A stretch of 64,000 bases of DNA. Source: Octopus sinensis. Taxonomy: Eukaryota. The notes below the pieces were generated by a model. It saw nothing but the letters and a program-made list of their open reading frames with translations. It was not told the origin of the DNA and made no database searches. Where the stretch lies: NCBI RefSeq assembly GCF_006345805.1, contig NC_043006.1, positions 56,978,001-57,042,000 on the forward strand, written 5' to 3'. Position numbers and translations under genes: made by a program. Positions 26,250-39,250 of the stretch are shown one piece after another; positions within the stretch are counted from its first letter, which is position 1; each line of letters begins with the position of its first letter.

Positions 26250-27480
26250 TCTTATACATGGCGCATATTTCATCGGTCAGGCAGTCCACTGGAGGTTTTG
26301 CGGTGCAGCGGCTGTTGATGTGTATATATGTGCTGAAAGTGCAGCAACTGCAGAAATTTCTGGAGGTGAACAATTCTTTAACATACACGTATTCCTTGTG
26401 AACGTCCGTTTGAAGGAGCTCCAGTCCTGGGTCAAGCAAAGGCCAAGATTGAGCGCTTGGCCTCTATAATATTGTCTGTCACTGACAGCTCTCAACCAAC
26501 GAATGGAGAAGAACGCTTCTGTTCTCAGAGAAACTCTGGGCGTCGACAAGAATAAACTAGTTTGTTTGTTTCGAAGAGCTTTCAATATGGAGACAATGCA
26601 TAAGTTCCTGAAATCCGGGCAGCAGCAGAACCAGGGTGGATGGAAGGTATTTCCAGTTCAGCTGCGCTTGCGTACCTGAACAGAAGTGCGTAGCCACCAT
26701 GTACGGGAAAAAAACTGTCGGCTGTTACCAGCCAAATATGACGACTGTGTAGTTTTTTGATGGACTGAGATGATAGCGGAATCCGTACAATGGCGACAAC
26801 AGTTGTTAGACAAAAGTCAACAACGAGCAATGTTCAAACACTGATCAAATGTGTACAGAAACAGTTCCGGCAATCCCATCTGACAATAATTCAGTATTTG
26901 TGATGCCTTTTCGAACTAGCAATGCCCTTTGACAGCACAAGTAGATTAGGTATTTCTAGAAGTTATCCTTAATTACTAAATAAAAATTCTCCAGACTACA
27001 CTACCTAGCTGATTCATGTTTATGCTTATAGTTTCTCTGCGACTTCGTTGCTTTTCCCCAAGTTGGAAGTCCACAGAATTCCAACATGGCACTTCCACCA
27101 TCCACATTACCCGACTGATAGAGAGCTGTGAGCGCCTAATAACAGTCCAGACAGAAGGACTTGGCCTTCGTCTTCGCTTGGCCCAGAATTGCGTATCAAA
27201 GGGACAACCTTTGGTACAATGTGCCGGACTACGAGCAACAACGCCGTATTGATATCTTTGTAGATGCTGCAACCGTAGCGCTTGTCTGCGCAACATCAGT
27301 CACGACATACCGAACTCTCCATACAGAGACTGACGGCGGCAGATGAACCGCCTGACTAGTGGAACGCATCCCATGCTCAAGATGCAAAAAACAGACACTT
27401 CAATCTGATCACACAAAAGCTATGGCACGTAACGATAATCAGGCGGCAATATATGATGGAAAGGATGTACCCTAACCATT
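26250..27480 (+). mobile_element. Possible highly degenerate non-LTR retrotransposon (RT-like plus C-x2-C region)
   Basis: A long, nearly open + frame with weak RT-like motifs (FRRAFN, KYDDCVV) and downstream PCSRCKKQTL. Matches are loose. Confidence 0.3.
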
Positions 27481-27559
27481 TCCTCGATTGCTTCGACTCA
27501 TTTCATTTCTGGACGAGATTTGTTGCACTGATCGTTACCTAATCCCAGTTACTATCCAC

Positions 27560-28500
27560 CTAGAGGCCTAAGCCCAACGAAACCCCGAGTAACTTAAACG
27601 CCGTCCGACGGTAATCATTTTCTTTTCTAGGTGCCGAACAAGACTTGTCTGAATAAATTTCTGTTTCAGTCATCGCGCCTCTTTTAGAAAGGTACTGACC
27701 AGCACAACTTCCGAGGTGTCTGGTAGCATTACAATGACATCGTCTACATATGTTGACATGGCTCTTTCGCGTCCCATGAAGAACAGTTGCCATTAAGCAA
27801 ATCCAGTTTCCGCAGTAATAATTCAAGCTTCAGGGTATACAAAAGAAATTAGGATATACTTAACTGATTGAGTTTATTACTAGAATGGATTTGGGTTCAT
27901 AGATTTTAAAACAACCAGTGTAAGATGCCACAACACCATGGCGGGATCTAGCCTCCGGAAGCTGTTCAGCTGATCGATAATAATCAGACTCCCTCTGATA
28001 CCAAGCATATTATTACTCTTTTTATCGAGGTGGAGGTTATAATGGATTGTTCTCCAACCACTCGCCCCTATCCGTTTCCCTGTTCCTGTTATCAGCTTTT
28101 CTTAGCAACTTGAATCTTTTGCTGGAAGCCGCAGCTGGCTGCCAAGATACCCACTAGAGTGTCATAGTTTCAGGGCCATCACTCCCCCAGTACACAAGAA
28201 AGTGATGCTGGACAGCAGCACACATCTTTTTAGAATCGAGTATCAGGCATCCCTTACGCTCCCTCAAAGCTGAGAAAACTTACTTGCCACGCTGCATTTG
28301 TCATGCGAATCTGTGGAATGGCTTTTAACTCTAACAATATAGCACCCTTATTTCACGCAGATAAAATAGTCGAGAACCATTCTCACTGTTGGCAAATCGG
28401 TTGCAATACCCCTTCTTGTTTACTCACAATCCCCTTAATCTATTTTTCTTTAACACTACTTCTTTGCTAAATCATATTGATTCTATTTTAATCTCCTTTT
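27560..28500 (-). mobile_element. Degenerate L1-Tx1 ORF2 fragment
   Basis: STYVDDVIV..EVVLVSTFLKE parallels SAYADDVTV..EVIGSTLKE of the Tx1 copy at about 37550. Confidence 0.55.
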
Positions 28501-28856
28501 ACGTGCCCTCCAATTAGCTACTTCGCACACTTCCAAACTTCTACAAATATATTCCTCAAAAATCTTTCAGACTCCAAAAGAAATCCTATTGTTTTGCGTC
28601 TATTGGGACCGTCTTTACTACTGCTCACAGCCAGTACCATTGATTTATTGTTCGGATCCGAGGTGCTTGTCTGTGCCTCAAGATCTAAGCCTTTCCAAAA
28701 CAAAACTACCCCCTTGCATCCTGATTTACTCGACTAGAAGAATACCTACATATTGTCATCATCTATATGTATCTATCCCGGAAATTTGGGTCTCGTTGAT
28801 AGTTACTGCATCTATATCAAATGATCTGAGGTCGTTCAGAAAGTAGGCTTACTTCG

Positions 28857-28940
28857 AAAGCGACATCAGGTCATTGCAAAGCGACGTCAGACCATTGCAA
28901 AGGGACGTCAGACCATTGCAAAGCGACGTCAGGCCATTGC
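28857..28940. repeat. 21-bp minisatellite x4
   Basis: AAAG(C/G)GAC(A/G)TCAG(G/A)(T/C)CATTGC repeated four times. Confidence 0.95.
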
Positions 28941-29466
28941 ATTTATACTTTCTACTCTGAGTATAACTAACATGATTGGGAAAGATAGGTTTTCCCGGAG
29001 TCTGGGGCTACTTAAAGGACCTATCATATCTTTTTGTTATATCTGTTAGCGAAACATCTGACACTGTTTGAAAAATCTTTTATCAGTAACTTCTAGATGT
29101 CTGACAAGTTCAGTACGAATATGTCGGTGTTTTGACGATTAGCTCCGCAAAATCCTTTCACTATCTTTGTTTTGCGATACGTACTCCAATTTACTGTTGT
29201 GCAGTTGTTTTTGCCCACAACTGTGAACCGGATTGTTTTTTTTTTTTATGTGATTTCGTTGGTAGAATTTTTCTTGTTGTTGATTTTTCTTGTTTCTTTT
29301 CACTTGATAGTTGTTGTCATTGTGTGCTTTCCTGTATCTGGCGGTGTGGTTACGTGCTTTGGCTGATAATGGTGTAGTTCTGGAGGTAGTTTTTTGCAGT
29401 GAGATGTGGCTATTTTGTAGATTAAAGGAAACTCTGCCGCCCAGTCGAACTTCTTGGCTTTCTGCT

Positions 29467-29690
29467 TAAGGCGGCATTATTAATAGTGTTAAAACTAGCA
29501 GAAACGTTAGCACGCCAGACAAGATGCTTTCCGGCACTTCGTCCGCCTTTACGTTGAATTCAAATACCACCGAGGTCGACTTTGTCTTTCAACCTTTCGT
29601 GGACGATGAATAAAGTACCAGTTGAGAGCTGGGTTCGATGTAGTCAATTACCTCTCCCCACCATTATTATTATTATTATTATTATTATTG
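29467..29690 (+). mobile_element. Family-A SINE with (ATT)n tail
   Basis: TAAGGCGGC head, GAATTCAAAT B-box variant, GGTCGACTTTG body. Confidence 0.75.
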
Positions 29691-30150
29691 AGTGAGAGAG
29701 CAGTGCATGCCATCAAAGTGACACTGTGGTAAAATATACGAAGCCCAGTATACCCATCACGACTACCCGTCTGATAAGGGTACACTAGGCACATGCATCA
29801 CAACCATATGTGTGCGACATGGTGCTCTCATATCAAGATAAGCAGCACATGACCTTGCAGGTGGGGCCCCAGTTAGGATTTTCTTCTGGTCGAGTAGCCT
29901 ATCCTGCTCAAAACATCCCTGAATAAGGGTTTGTTTAAAGATGTTGAACAAAACACCTATGTTTCCAAAAGTGAATTACTCAAACCCCAAAGAATTCCTC
30001 TCAACATACGGTTATGATGCTCCCCACTACTTCAGCTTGTGATCAGAGATGCACGTATCGGCAGCCACTAAGGGACATGCTCAACTGGTTAAGATCAAGT
30101 AACTGACATGCAAATCTGTGGTATTGAGCAGAATATTTGCTGTAGCCTAT
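29689..30150 (-). mobile_element. Interspersed SINE-like repeat with (AAT)n tail (family F)
   Basis: A homologous fragment lies at about 11316-11460 (GATCAGAGA..CAGCCACTAA..GAGCAGAATATTTGC). Confidence 0.65.
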
Positions 30151-30502
30151 CTTTTATACCAAGACAAAAGAATGTACATGTGCTGGTCCCTTGCTGGATA
30201 ACGACTAGTATCTCTGAGCTGCCGAGTGCAACACTGTCACCATCAAGGGCTTCATTTTCTTTACCACCGTTATTCACAATATTTGGTTTTTCCTTGTCAC
30301 TCATATGAGGCAGAGATTATCAAGTTGCGCAATTACCAGTATTTTTATTATGATGCCATCACTAAATATATCATCAATCAGGACATGGGGAGATTCCAAC
30401 CGCTTCCTTTCATTATTATTATATTATTATTATTATCATATTTTTACTATTTGTCATTGTTAATATTTCCTCTGACCCAACATGAGTTTTGGCTAAACTA
30501 TT

Positions 30503-30503
<1 letters not shown>

Positions 30504-30577
<74 letters not shown>

Positions 30578-30910
30578 GAGACGAGCTGGTAGTATCGTTG
30601 GCACACTGGACAAAATGCTTAGCGGCATTTCGCCCATCTTTACGTTCTGAGTTCTATTTCCTCCAAAATCGACTTTGCCTTTCTTCCTTTCGGGGGTCGA
30701 TAAAGTAGGTAATATATTCCAGTTGAGCAGATGTAATCGATTTGCTCCCTCTTCCGAAATTGCTAGCCTTGTGCCAAAATTTGAAATCATTATCATCATT
30801 GTTGATGTTGTTGCGAGCTGGTAGAATCGCTAGCACACCAGGTAAAATTCTCAGCGTCATTTAGTCTGTTTATACGTTCTGAATTCAGATTCCATCGAAG
30901 TCATCTTTGC
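30504..30910 (+). mobile_element. (AAT)n microsatellite followed by a family-A SINE and a partial second copy
   Basis: GAGCTGGTAG..AATGCTTAGCGGCATTTCG..TTCTGAGTTC at 30580-30660; second head at about 30812. Confidence 0.8.
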
Positions 30911-31574
30911 CACACATATACACATTCACAACATTTGTAAAAATCGAAGTTTTAATAAAAAGAAAGAAAAAGAAAAAGACATCCCTGAGGCCGTACTACG
31001 CAATGAAATAGACCACCAGCCAAATGATTACGAAATGAACGTCTTAAATATGTCTATTCTTGCACATCCTGTGACAAACTGGATGTTGTATCTTTTATTC
31101 ATGTAGTTGTAAGGCACAGATAAAGGTTGCTCTTACCTTGAGATACAATCGGTGACAGTTCCTCTAAGCGTCAGGTCACGATAAACCGGGAAAACTTAAC
31201 AGGAATACAACCCTACGATCGCTCCCAACACGTCCGTTGCTCGCAACGCAACCGTGAGAAAAGAGTTGTTTGAACCCGCCGCTTCTTGACGTGACGCTAT
31301 TTCCTCTCCCTTCTGTCTCCAGACGTGACGTTACTTCCTCTTATTTCCAGCTACTCATCCTTCCTCTCCAATTCAGCTTAGAACATTAGAAACCAAATAG
31401 AGTGGATCAATTCCAGAAACACCTTACCATCGATTGGCATTGTCCAGCAGCCTGACTTAAATTATGATTTGTGAGCACGAGAGAGAGATAGAGAGAGGTG
31501 AGTATAATAGATGGAATCGACTCTAATACAACATTGGTAATTATTTTACCAACACGGTTCGATTTGAAACTGTA

Positions 31575-31725
31575 GAAGCGTGACTGTGTGGTGAGAAGCT
31601 TGTTGCTACCTAGCCACATGGTTCTGGGTTCAGTCCCACTGCGTAGCGCGTCGGGCAAGTGCCTTCTACTATAGTCTCGGGCTAACCTTGTGATTGGATT
31701 TGGTAAACAAAAACTGAAAACCCGT

Positions 31726-31768
<43 letters not shown>

Positions 31769-32005
31769 TGTGTGATTGTGTCTGTGTTTCTGTGTCTGTG
31801 ATTGTCCCCCACCACCGCTTGACAACCGGTGCTGGTGTGTTTACGTCTCCGTAACATAGCGGTTCGGCAAGAGAATTTGATAAAATAAGTCCTATGCTTA
31901 AGAAATAAGTCCTGGGGTTGGTTTGCTCGACAGAAAACTCTTCAAGGCGGTGCTCCAGCATAGCCACAGTCAAATGACTGAAACAAGTAAGAGGAATAAA
32001 AAAAA
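31575..32005 (+). mobile_element. Family-C bipartite SINE
   Basis: Matches 42852-43263, including the internal (TA)(TG) tract and the CAGTCAAATGACTGAAACAAGTAA tail. Confidence 0.88.
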
Positions 32006-32172
32006 AGAACAAAAGTCGAATTAAATATTTTTAGCTATTTTATCAATAGACACCAATATTTGAATTCAGAAATACTGTTTAGTTAGCATTTATCTAAATA
32101 CAGTTACTTCTTACCACCACCACCACCACCACCACCACCACCACCACCACCCCGTACACATACTCGCACACG

Positions 32173-32203
<31 letters not shown>

Positions 32204-32436
32204 AGAAATGCACACTGAGACTCCCCACCCTTCAGTGGACTGAAATATTGTGCAGCAAACAAGTTTTTAAGCAAAACTAAGTACGCTGACCTGAATTAAC
32301 TCTCCGTCTGCCGATGAAATAGGAGCAGGCATTCAAATGCGATACTGCAGGTAATAGTAATGGTAGTAGTGGCGGCTGTTCTTGGACATATCAAGAGTGT
32401 TGTTTATTGCTGCAGTATATTTCTACCCTCCTTGTC

Positions 32437-34037
32437 AATGGAATACATTACCTACTTCAGAAATGAGACGTAAGAAATTCATACTTTAGCCTACTGGATA
32501 GGCGTGTTTTAGTTTCAGGACAACTCTGTCCAGTCAACCTTATTGAAGGCAGGTAGTCGAACAAACGACAAGATGTTTTTCACGAATCTATTGTCATTCC
32601 TGATTATACACTACATTTGCCAAGCTGACAGACATATTTCTCTTTCCTTCAAACAGTAAATGAATTGTATGTGGTGAAGCTGTGTGACTGACAAGCACAC
32701 ACATGTATACAACTCTATGACACATTCTTAAAACATTCTCTGCACCTCGCAGCCCAGACAAACATTCAAAACACTTATGCATAAAAGCAGCTGTGACTTA
32801 AATAACTTCACTAACCCCCACCTCATAATGTCTAGATGCGGTGGTGGTAGTGGTGGTGGTGGTGGTGGTGGTGGTGGCTTTGGATCTCCGTCTTTCGACG
32901 AGGATGATGCAACTGAATTACTTGCCCCGGAATTAACGTTTAATTAGCTGAGCATTCCATAGATACGTGCACCCTTATCGTATTTCTCAAACACAATCAG
33001 TGTAGCACATTGTGTAACTCGGCGATATCTTTTGAATATCCACTGGCAAGCTTCAGTATAGTTTCCCTTTTACGCAGTTTTGCTCTCAATAAATGAATCG
33101 ATTCATTGCTATAGAAAATGCTATTTTCCAAAGATGCCTTGCAGCAACATCGAACTCAAGAACCCGTGGTTGCGAAGAATAGTTCTTAACCATTCGGCCA
33201 TACTATGCCTATACGCAGATATAAATAGATAATAAATGCGCCCTTTTAAAGCCTAGCCAGGCTCATGGGCTCAGTTTCCCGGTTCCAATGGCGTATGTGT
33301 TCCCCAGCTGGATGGGACACCAGTCCATCCCAGCATTACTCATTTTTGCCAGCTGAGTGGACTGGAGCAACGTGAAATGAAGTGTTTTACTCAAGAACAC
33401 AACGCGTCAACCGGTCCAGGAATCGAAACCACAATCTTACGATCATGATGCTGACAACCTAACCACTAAGCCACGCGCCTCCACACATACCCAGATATGC
33501 ATCACCTATAATAATTGCAGAGGGACAATGCGCTATGACAGATTCCACTTTTCTCGCCTATTTTATAGATACCATAGGGTGCCAATAAGTAAGCCTCTAC
33601 TTGGCCGATAAATTTCCTTCAACTCACACCCTATTGTCGTAAAGAGAAGGACACATTGGACAATATGGTCACTGATATACATGCAGCGTAGTTATAGCTG
33701 GACCTCCATTAACAATAACAATACTCGATCAGAGCTAACCTATGGTTAAATAAGAATAGCAACAGCAACCGTACAAAAATTGTCAGTCACACAGTTTCAC
33801 CCCATACAATTCATTTACTTTATGAAGGAAAGAGAAATATGTCTGTCAGCTTGGCAAATGTAGTGTATAATCAGGAATTACAACAGATTCGTGAGAAACA
33901 TCTTGTCGTTTGTTCGACTACCTGCCTTCAATACGGTTGACTGGACAGAGTTGTCCTGAGACTAAAACACGCCTATCCAGTAGGCTAAAGTATGAATTTC
34001 TTACGTCTCATTTCTGAAGTAGGTAATGTATTCCATT
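32437..34037. repeat. 258-bp inverted repeat (about 9 mismatches) around a 1.09-kb spacer
   Basis: 32437-32694 is the reverse complement of 33780-34037. Confidence 0.95.
33235..33483 (-). mobile_element. tRNA-derived SINE (family D) inside the inverted-repeat spacer
   Basis: Minus-strand head GGAGGCGCGTGGCTTAGTGGTTAGG..GGTTTCGATTCC and central TTCTTGAGTAAAACACTTCATTTCACGTTGCTCCAGTCCACTCAGCTGG. Confidence 0.8.
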
Positions 34038-34799
34038 CGAAACGGCTCCAGGAAATAAAGAAAACGGGGGAAAAAAAGAAAAAAAGAAAGAAACCTTTAT
34101 TTTAAAGTTTCCAAAGAAATTAAGAGCAAAGTTGACTACAACCATCGGAGCGCGAATCGCTCCTCGCGAACGCACATTCGTGAGATGGTTGTGATGTATA
34201 AAGTTTTGAATAGGAACTGGAAAGCGAAGTATGAACAGGCAATACATATGTGCACCCTGAATTCATAAAACGGAAGAAAAGAATAAAAATGCAATGCGCA
34301 TGTCAAAATAAAACAGCAGAGGAGAATAAAGCCAGTTATATGATAGTCTGCATGCTACGTCTGACACCACTATCGGGCAACTTTGCAGCAATTTTCTTGT
34401 TTACATCTACAAATCAGTCAATAATTTTTTTTTTCAATGTTTGTGATTTCTTGTCAACGTTCCATTAGCTTGTCAAGGCATTGATCGTATAAATCACTGA
34501 TTTTGACTCCGAGCCACATTTCCAGTTGTACGTCGTTGTTGAACGAAACGCTTTGCACACTGTTGGACAGTTGCAAAAAATGGTAATAATCTGAAGGCGC
34601 TATATCAGGAGGATACGGTGTGTGTAGCAGAACTTCCCAGCCAAGGTCTTGAATAGCGATGTGGGGTTGTTTCGGTCGGGTTGTTTCAACTGGATTGTTT
34701 CGTTAGGTAGTTCATTTTCTGAACGTAAAATTCTGGATTGACCGTGTGGTTGGTTTCAAGCATTTCGTAGTAGATTAGCCATTTCGAACCCCACCATAA

Positions 34800-37330
34800 C
34801 ACGTCATAATATTGAATACCTAATATTTGGTACTCCATGTGATCTTAGCGAGCGAGTTTTGCCGACTTACAAGGACGTACTAAAATGTGTTTTATTTGAA
34901 CGAAAAAAGAGAAAAGAACGTTGTCAAGAAAGATTCTTCAATTAAACAAATTGTCAAGATTGTAGCAGAAAAGATGATTCTTCTTTGGCAAAAGGCCATC
35001 CACCACTCGTATAATGACTGAGTTATAATACAAGTGGTCAATATACATAATCCACCACTTGTATTATAAGTGAAAATCTTAAACTTTTATCTAAAGTACC
35101 AAGCATTACTAAATCTGTGAAAAATAGAAAAAAAATGTATCATTGTTTCAAACGAAGTATAATATGTTTAAAAACAATACAACAAAAGATTTATTTGACA
35201 TTTCCTGTTGCAGGTGCAACTCCTTTAAAAACTGCAGTTGTAGTAGAGACAAAACAAAATGCCACAGAGAGAACAAGATTTTTTACAGGATCAACGGACA
35301 TATCGAAAAATGACCATTAGCGGAATAGATCAAGCAGTATCCAAACAGAATGTTCAGAGGTTGATTAGAAAGAATCGGCCAGATCACAGTAACCCTTTTA
35401 CGCCACCAAAGGATTCTGAATTGACAACGTTTTCCTCAAAGTGAATCTGGAAATGTATCAACAGGCGAAGATGAAGATTTTCCAATTCCATTTTCCATGA
35501 AACGAAAAGACATCAGCAAAAACGTAAGTTCAAAAACAGCAATAAAACGAATGAAATTGCCAGAACTAGTTTCTACCTGTGATTGCACCGGTGTATCAGA
35601 CCGTGCTGCCGCTTTTCTTAGAAATTTGGTCATGAGCGACTTAACAGCAAATGCATCTGGTGAATATTCTTTCGTTATAGACAGATCGAAGGTAAGGTGA
35701 AAACGATCCAGAAAACGTAAATCCCTGCAGCAGGAAGGTAGGCCGCATAAACTATTGTCTACCGTGTATTTTTATGGAAGGAGGGTCACAACCTTCATAA
35801 GTGAACAAATGGGGGAAAAAATTCGTAAGAAAACATTTCATTGATACAAGAACCTGAGTCCCAATATCTTGGGCACTTTGCTATTAAAACGGATTCTGCA
35901 AAAGCCATTTCTGGTGGTTTGTTGAATTATTTGGAAACCAATGAAATAGTAACCAATCACATGATGGTTGTAGGTTATGATGGTACAGCAGTCAATACAG
36001 GACCAAAAGGAGGCACCATTAGACCTTTGGAGGATAAATTAAAGAAGCCATTGCTTTGCTTTGTGTGTCAGCTCCACGTAAATGAGCTTCCCTTACGCCA
36101 TCTTATTAACGATTTCGATGGGAAAACGGGCCTCGTGGATTTCTTGGACCAATTGGTAAGAAGCTGGAGCGATGTGAAACACTAAGTGTTGCAAAATTTC
36201 ATCAGATTCCAACGGACTTACCATCAGTAGACAATAACGATATAAGCACTGATCAAAATTACTTTCTTGATATCCACATGTCTATTTCTGAAAGGAAATG
36301 TTCACCTGAAATGGCATTAAGGAATCCTGGTAAAATAGCGCATTGTCGATGGCTTACAACTGCAATCGTGTGCTACGGTTGTATGTTGCCATCGAGAATC
36401 CTTCTAACACGATGCAATTAATTGTTGCTTATATAATGAAGGTTTGTGTGCCAATGTGGTTCACAATTAAACGCAACACTTCCTCGGAAAATGGGACTCT
36501 AAATGTGCCCAAGACGGTGGAGTCTTCGAGAGAAATGGCTGAAGCGGTACAAGACTGTATTTCCAGTTATGCAACGGAATCCTTTCTTTACGCACCCAGA
36601 AAATATTTTACTAGCCATGATAAACGATGAACGGAGCCACGTTCGAGAACTAGCATGGAGGCACATAAAGCAGGTTCGAACATAGTATAAAGAGAAATCT
36701 GTGCGACCTTTCAAAATTCCTACCCTAAACTTTGCTGCCTCAAACTACATGGGCTTAATTAACTGGAACTATTTCAAATAAATTGGAAATGTTAATTATT
36801 TTTATCACCAAAATATGTCAAGAATTAAAAATTGGTTTACACGTAATTTTATTTTAATGTGTGTACAATCTAGATCTCATGTAACACATATATTCGGTGA
36901 TTTAGTATTAAAAATAATAAGGAAAACGAAGTTGAAAAGTCTATTTATTTCACATAATTTCGAAATTTCAAGTGCGTTGCGGAGCCCGAAGATATAAATT
37001 TTAGAGCTTGAAATTTTAATACTTTACTGCCTCAAACTACATAAATATAATTAACTGGCAGGGTACTATTGTTACTGAACCACCTCTAACATAGGCATTT
37101 TTCGATGAAGAAATCGATACCTTCATTCAACTGCAGCATTTGATGCAACTGGAAAAATTACCGTTCCACACCTAAGTTGTGGAGAGACGAGTAAATCTCG
37201 TGACAAAAGCATCATCTAACGTTTGTGGTGAGAATAGTTGAGACGGTTTCATTAGGAGCCGAATCAGATCAAGAGAAAAAAAAAATCCAGTGTTCGAGAC
37301 AAAAAGGGGCTTCAAGTTGAAAGGCAATAC
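34800..37330 (+). mobile_element. hATm-type transposase pseudogene
   Basis: LPTYKDVLK..W.KA; IQEPESQYLGH; GYDGTAVNTG; CQLHVNELPLRHL; STDQ.Y; RWLTT; RN.FF.HPENILLAM; LNFAA..Y..INW; FHT..VER.V.LVT.AS..VCG..DGFIR, spread over frameshifted ORFs 35841-36185, 36343-36630 and 36503-36685. Confidence 0.85.
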
Positions 37331-37397
37331 AGCAACAATCAATTAGAATAGTTTAGTTTTAGCTATTTTGAACATAAACAATAAAGGATTTCACAAA

Positions 37398-39250
37398 AGA
37401 AACGCTGTCAGTTGGTATGGACCTGTCTGTCCAGGTGCCGAGATGCAGGCCCACCGACTTCTGATTAATCTTTTCTCCTGTCACCGCTTTGTACTCTTTT
37501 AAAGTAGAGCCAATCACCTCTATTTCCAAGCTGTTCGATACTATTACGGTGACGTCGTCCGCATAAGCCGACACGAACCTTCCGCATCTCAGATCACGTC
37601 GAATGTCCCTCGAAATATCAACTACCTTAGTAATGGCTCGTGATCCAACACGTACAGACGCGGGGAGAGTCAGTATCCTTGGCGGACCGAGCGAGCAATG
37701 AAAAACTATTCCGATAAATGGCCGTTTACTTTCACCACCGAACAAATGTCGCTGTACATTACAGCGATCCACCTTCTGAAACGGGATCGAATCCGGCCGC
37801 CGCGAGGACAGCCTACAAGTATTGATAGTCGACCCTGTCAAAAGTTTTTTATTGATCCAAATTGATCAAAAACCCACCAAATGCTAGGTTCCTTCCCTAC
37901 TTTCTCTATGATGTAGCATGTGAGGTGGAGGTTGTTGTGGATAGATTTAGTCAGGATAGCGCATGTCTACGCATCACCCATCAGCTTATCGACGTCAAGC
38001 GCCAACTTCTTAGCTAACATCTTTGCCAAAATCTTATAATTTGTGTCCCGAACAATTCGGTGGAGTGCCACTAAAATCCCTTGCACATCTGTTTGGATTT
38101 GTGTAGCATGCGCCTGTCCCGGCCCGTCAAAGACTGAATTGTTACTTTGTTTCCACGTTGCACCTTTGCAATCCGATGCGCGCTAACTCTGACAATGCAA
38201 CCTTCGTGCTTGGCATTGAAGAATTGATCAAGAGCCAGTTTCACCGGCAGCGCGTCAGTGGCTATGCTTCTCCTAAATGCCTCTTCTAGCTTCCTAACTA
38301 GCACTCCCTCTATCCAAGATTCCTCTATAGTTATTTCCTTACTAAATCCTACCGCCACTACTCCAATAGCCCTTTTCAGGGCTATCCACCAACGGTTGTT
38401 GACGATTGCACCCGAAAACTTACGCTGAACTAAATGGTTTCTGAATGCTTGACGCGCTGGGAAAGACGCATTCAGCTTCGAGTATTCGGGGCCTTACCTG
38501 TGGATTTTATTTATGTCAACCGTGCAGATCACAAATTTGTGGTCTGTGTAGTTGACGACTATAAACTGTGGACAACCTATGCTGCTTCTATCTACTGGCC
38601 TACAAAATATTCTACCTAAAAATGATCGGGAAGACCCGGTGTTGTTTGCCCATGTCCACATTGGCGCATTCGGGAAATCCAGTCGATATCTGTCAGCCAA
38701 TTCGAAAGGAACGAGCAGGTTTGTGAAACTTTTGTACTCCCGTCTTCTATCGTCTAGTCCCACCCTATTCAGTTGTGCATCCAAAATGGCGTTTCAATCG
38801 CCCATTAGAACTAAAGAGCAAGATGTTCCGAAGAAAACCTCCAAACATCTGAAGAAATCTGGCTGCTCCGCCCCAGTTGGGACGTACACAGCGACTAGTC
38901 TGAAAGCACCGACTTCGCTATTATATCCGGGACCACCAATTTACCTTCCAGATCCAGAAGGGTCGTCCGTACTTGGAGATCCAGGCCTTTCCTAAGCAAC
39001 ACAGTCACTCTGCACTCCACCACCACCATTCCAAGCTGACTAAGAGATGTGTAGATCTCAAAATCGCCGAAAATTGGGGCCAGATTGCATGTGTCGAAAA
39101 TTCTGGTTTCGCTGACGGCTGTCACATCCATAGATTGTGACCTGAGGTCGTTGAGCAGGAGACCCCAAGCCACGAATAATTACACAGCCCACTCTAATCA
39201 ATCTCATAGCGGCCGGTAGAACTGCAAGAAAGAAAAAGAGCCAGGTTACT
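37398..39250 (-). mobile_element. Degenerate L1-Tx1 ORF2 (APE plus part of RT)
   Basis: LLNDLRS..DVTAVSETR..LLRK..D.EG.LVV.DI (APE N-terminus) and SAYADDVTV..TGEKINQKSVGL.LG.W (RT). An A/C-rich ORF1-like tract may extend to about 39780. Confidence 0.8.

Noticed and set aside
26245-26439. Minus-strand peptide VKELFTSRNFCSCC resembling a TnpB/Fanzor RuvC-II/zinc-finger segment
   Set aside because: No RuvC-I or RuvC-III (D..A..N) motifs, stops lie just upstream, and the + strand is better explained as a decayed retroelement. An HMM search against TnpB/Fanzor profiles would be needed to revive it.
32113-32878. Complementary (CAC)n and (GGT)n tracts
   Set aside because: Common trinucleotide repeats; flanks do not pair, so probably coincidence.
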